DNA of 64,000 bases from Cyanobacteria bacterium P01_A01_bin.123 (GTDB taxonomy: Bacteria; Cyanobacteriota; Cyanobacteriia; Phormidesmidales; Phormidesmidaceae): assembly GCA_039815185.1 (NCBI GenBank), contig JBCBZT010000042.1:1-64000 (forward strand), read 5' to 3'. The notes under the pieces were generated by a model. The model was not told the origin of the DNA. It worked only from the letters and a program-made list of their open reading frames with translations, and did not search any database. The position numbers were made by a program, and so were the translations under genes. Positions 61,292 through 64,000 of this stretch are shown piece after piece; positions within the stretch are counted from its first letter, which is position 1, and each line of letters opens with the position of its first letter.

Positions 61292-61372
61292 GATTTTGAT
61301 TTAATCATTAAGTATCTTTATTCATTTCAAGTTGCCCACCAATTTAGGTGCTTAAGAGACTCTATCGATAGT

Positions 61373-61434
61373 GCGATCGCCCGATCTTATAAGATGCGTC
61401 GCGACGCATCGATTCAAACATCCCAAAACCCTAC
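61373..61434. repeat. HIP1 plus degenerate REP unit
   Basis: GCGATCGC-CCGATCTTATAA-GATGCGTCGCGACGCATC...ACCCTAC. Confidence 0.55.
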
Positions 61435-61451
61435 AGGCATTTCTAATTCTA

Positions 61452-61615
61452 TATTTCATAGCGTTGGCAGGTACGCATAGGTTGAAGTGGTCGGCGTGGA
61501 TTTGGCGATAGGTAGGGTCGGTGAAGAAACATGGTTCTTTGGTGACGGCGGCACCGAGGGTGAAGTTGCAGTGCTCGGCTAGGGTACGGAGAGATTGTAT
61601 AGGAAGTTCATTCAA
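61452..61615 (-). pseudogene. GH10 5' fragment 2 (shorter duplicate)
   Basis: LRTLAEHCNFTLG...VPANAMK nearly identical to fragment 1; homology ends beside the REP unit. Confidence 0.78.
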
Positions 61616-61633
61616 TAGAGCTAATTGACTCAG

Positions 61634-61989
61634 CTAGGGAATTGTATTCCAGTCTGAGAAGAACTGAGACAACTCTTCAGGTAAAGGGCTATATTCCCAG
61701 TTGGTAACATCAAAACTAAACAGATATCTCTCACCAGATGAAACGCCATTCTCATTAAGAGGAGGATCAACTTCGTAAGAAATTGTGACAATCTCAGCCA
61801 TGGCAGCATCAGTTCTTATCCAATTTGCAGTGACGTACTGTGTATTGGGCTCGATACTTCCTCGGTAAAATTCAAATCCAGTAGCAGTTACAAGTTTAAT
61901 ATGTGAGCACTAGCATGAAACAGAGCGCCTACAGATACAATCGCTACGGCTGTTAGTATCGAGAATTTCAAAAGAAAAATCATGAACAT
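61634..61989 (-). pseudogene. Frameshifted secreted-protein gene
   Basis: ATG 61989 encodes signal-like MFMIFLLKFSILTAVAIVSVGALFHASA and then stops; an overlapping frame 61909-61634 is open for 91 codons. Confidence 0.5.
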
Positions 61990-62088
61990 AGTAGAGAGTT
62001 CATGAGGTAAATTTGTTTACCATAGAATTACCTCATTTTGAGTCTTAAAGGCGTAGTTTTATTGATCAAACCAACAAGAAATGCGGCT

Positions 62089-62655
62089 TTAATTATACTC
62101 AAGTACATATTTAGTGTTACTTTCTTTCTTGAAAGCTTTGATAGCCTGATCACCCTCATAAACTATTGAGCCTTGACTACCCTCCAGTCTCAAAGGTTCA
62201 AGTCTAAGGCGATGTACACGACCTGATTCCATAGCTAGCTCACTTTCTTTCTCATGTCCTAAATAGTTGACTTCCCAATGTATTTCCACCGCCGTTTGAG
62301 GAGCAACTTTAAAGTTGACTACTCGTTCCTCAACATCGCAAAAATATTCATTTGAATTTAACTGCCTCCGGTCAGACGAAGCTGACCTAAGTTCAGAAGC
62401 TTTCCTAACATTTTCAGTAATGTAAGGTGCACTTCTAGCAGATGTTTCAAAGCAATCAGAGAAATCGATGTTGTCTGTAGGCTTAGACGAAATATATCTC
62501 GACACACGATATGAAATCATTATGTCATTGTCAGAATTGTTAATTATATAAAAACTTGATACCCACGAACAGCCAGAAAAAATAGACAAGGATACAATCA
62601 GGCAGATAGTTCGAGCATAAATATATAATTTTCTGCGTGGAAAAATATCTTTCAT
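62089..62655 (-). CDS. Predicted lipoprotein, copy A
   Basis: Lipobox FSGC; paralog of 60725-61291. Confidence 0.8.
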   Translation of the reverse strand: MKDIFPRRKLYIYARTICLIVSLSIFSGCSWVSSFYIINNSDNDIMISYRVSRYISSKPTDNIDFSDCFETSARSAPYITENVRKASELRSASSDRRQLNSNEYFCDVEERVVNFKVAPQTAVEIHWEVNYLGHEKESELAMESGRVHRLRLEPLRLEGSQGSIVYEGDQAIKAFKKESNTKYVLEYN

Positions 62656-63413
62656 GATTTTGATTTGTCATTAGGTGTCTTTATTCATTTCAATTTACCC
62701 ACCAATTCAGCCTTCCTACTATTAATCGCTGGCCCAAATAGCAGTAGTGCCCAGTAGCTCGCTAGCAGCAGTAGACGATGAGGAATCGTGCTGAGCAGTC
62801 ATAACAGGTTGTGCTCTTTAAAGCATGTGAAACTGACCGGAAGGTGAATATCTCCCGAGATCAATTGATCAATCGTGCAAAAAATAGTCGGATCAGATCG
62901 GTTCTTGCAATGAGCTATTTGGCTGGCTCAATTAAGCTTAGAGCACTATTTTTGAATTGCTCAACATGTGGAAGTGTTGAATTTGCCATGAAGATTCTAT
63001 AAAGCTCTTTCAGTTTTTCAGAGCTTAAAAGTCAAAACCTAGTCACATCACTAAAAATATAAGTATATTCACGTAGAAAATCTTCTTGGCAATTGTCGAG
63101 TTTAGAGCGACATTTTCTTCAAACTTGATTACAAAATGAAGGAGTTTGTTCTACGCCATTAATTTTGGATCAGGTCTATTGCCGTTAAACCGCTATGATT
63201 TCCGAAGCTGACGGTGATTTTGCCTAACAATAGTGGAACCCTGGTCATAGGATAAACGCACCAATCGGCAATGGTTTACGGCAAGGTATGGGTAACTCAC
63301 TCCAGGTGGATAATTTAGTTGCTTCAACATCCAACTACAGTCAGACTAGGGCAGCCTTTAGTCCTGAGACATCACTGCTGTTGCGCCAAACGGTCTGTCG
63401 TTCTCGGTCATCA

Positions 63414-64000
63414 ATGCTGATGACGCCTGCTCCTGCCAATGCCTCCCCAGCTTCCCCCGAACTCACCACAGCGATTCATAATCTGCTACAGATTGTGGCC
63501 GAACTGCGATCGCCCCAAGGTGGCTGGCCCCCTGAGTTAGCCCAAAATCCAGAAACCCTGACGCCTTATGTCAGTGAGGAAGCTTATGAATTGCTGGATG
63601 CTCTGCGCCAAACCCCATTGCCTCAAATCATGCCAGCAGGAGACTCAGCGCTGTTACAGCTCAACGGCTATTGCACCGTTGATGGCTTGATCTCTCCATT
63701 GCTTTGGGCCTTGTTTCGTAGTGCTTACGAAATCATGCGGCTGATTGAGGGCATTGAAGTGGAAATCACCCCACCCATTGGAATTGCATCGGGAAACGTC
63801 CAAACAGGTGTTGTCCGGCTCGCAAGTGTATTGGTGCTAAAAACGGCCACGGGCGATGGCCCTCCAGGGCCGGTCTTTGACCATCGCGCCATAGATTTGG
63901 TTACCCAAGCCAGCCCGGACGTCGAGCACTGGCTAGATGCCCAAGTTTTGATTCAAAGTTTGGAATCGGGGATTTGGCCCCAAGCTGCTGAGGCCAAAAC
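63414..64000 (+). CDS. Protein with a degenerate MazG-like N-terminal segment; runs off the window
   Basis: LLQIVAELRSPQGGWPPELAQNPETLTPYVSEEAYELLDAL; frame open to 64000; alternative in-frame ATG at 63288. Confidence 0.6.
   Translation, partial: MLMTPAPANASPASPELTTAIHNLLQIVAELRSPQGGWPPELAQNPETLTPYVSEEAYELLDALRQTPLPQIMPAGDSALLQLNGYCTVDGLISPLLWALFRSAYEIMRLIEGIEVEITPPIGIASGNVQTGVVRLASVLVLKTATGDGPPGPVFDHRAIDLVTQASPDVEHWLDAQVLIQSLESGIWPQAAEAK

Noticed and set aside
58880..62710. Classical integron/attC array
   Set aside because: No integrase in the window and no clear RYYYAAC...GTTRRRY attC boundaries; the junctions look like REP/HIP1 instead
62811..63002. 63-aa ORF in the AT-rich gap
   Set aside because: No RBS or motif; more likely promoter DNA between divergent genes
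1..64000. tRNA, rRNA or known ncRNA genes; HIP1 abundance as a novelty
   Set aside because: No tRNA T-loop/cloverleaf or rRNA signature recognised by eye; HIP1 enrichment is a well-known cyanobacterial trait

Overview
Chromosomal window from a cyanobacterium, inferred from very frequent HIP1 octamers (GCGATCGC) and from pipX/pipY, clpR/clpP, petJ and petR/petP. It is probably a filamentous Leptolyngbya/Nodosilinea-like strain (inference only). Most of the window is core genes: SLH-porin, rrf2-cysK, der-ecfT-pipX-pipY-sepF-proC, plsY-mlaE, two M16 peptidase pairs, clpR-clpP, htpG, pirin/LysR, and a copper-switch locus (petP-petR <> petJ-TPR-His-rich protein). Accessory or unexplained structure: (i) an AT-rich, HIP1-free two-gene islet encoding a PIN nuclease behind a large non-canonical partner (46.6-48.0 kb); (ii) a mosaic at 58.9-62.7 kb of AT-rich lipoprotein/secreted genes, duplicated GH10 5' fragments and an ISAs1 remnant, punctuated by HIP1-linked GTAG-type REP pairs; (iii) a 105-bp dispersed double-hairpin element with compensatory base changes, one copy of which is translated in frame inside a protein; (iv) an unannotated 27-codon ORF with RBS and terminator; (v) several pseudogenes. 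No tRNA, rRNA, CRISPR array, integrase or intact transposase was seen. All product calls come from recognising motifs by eye; no searches were run.
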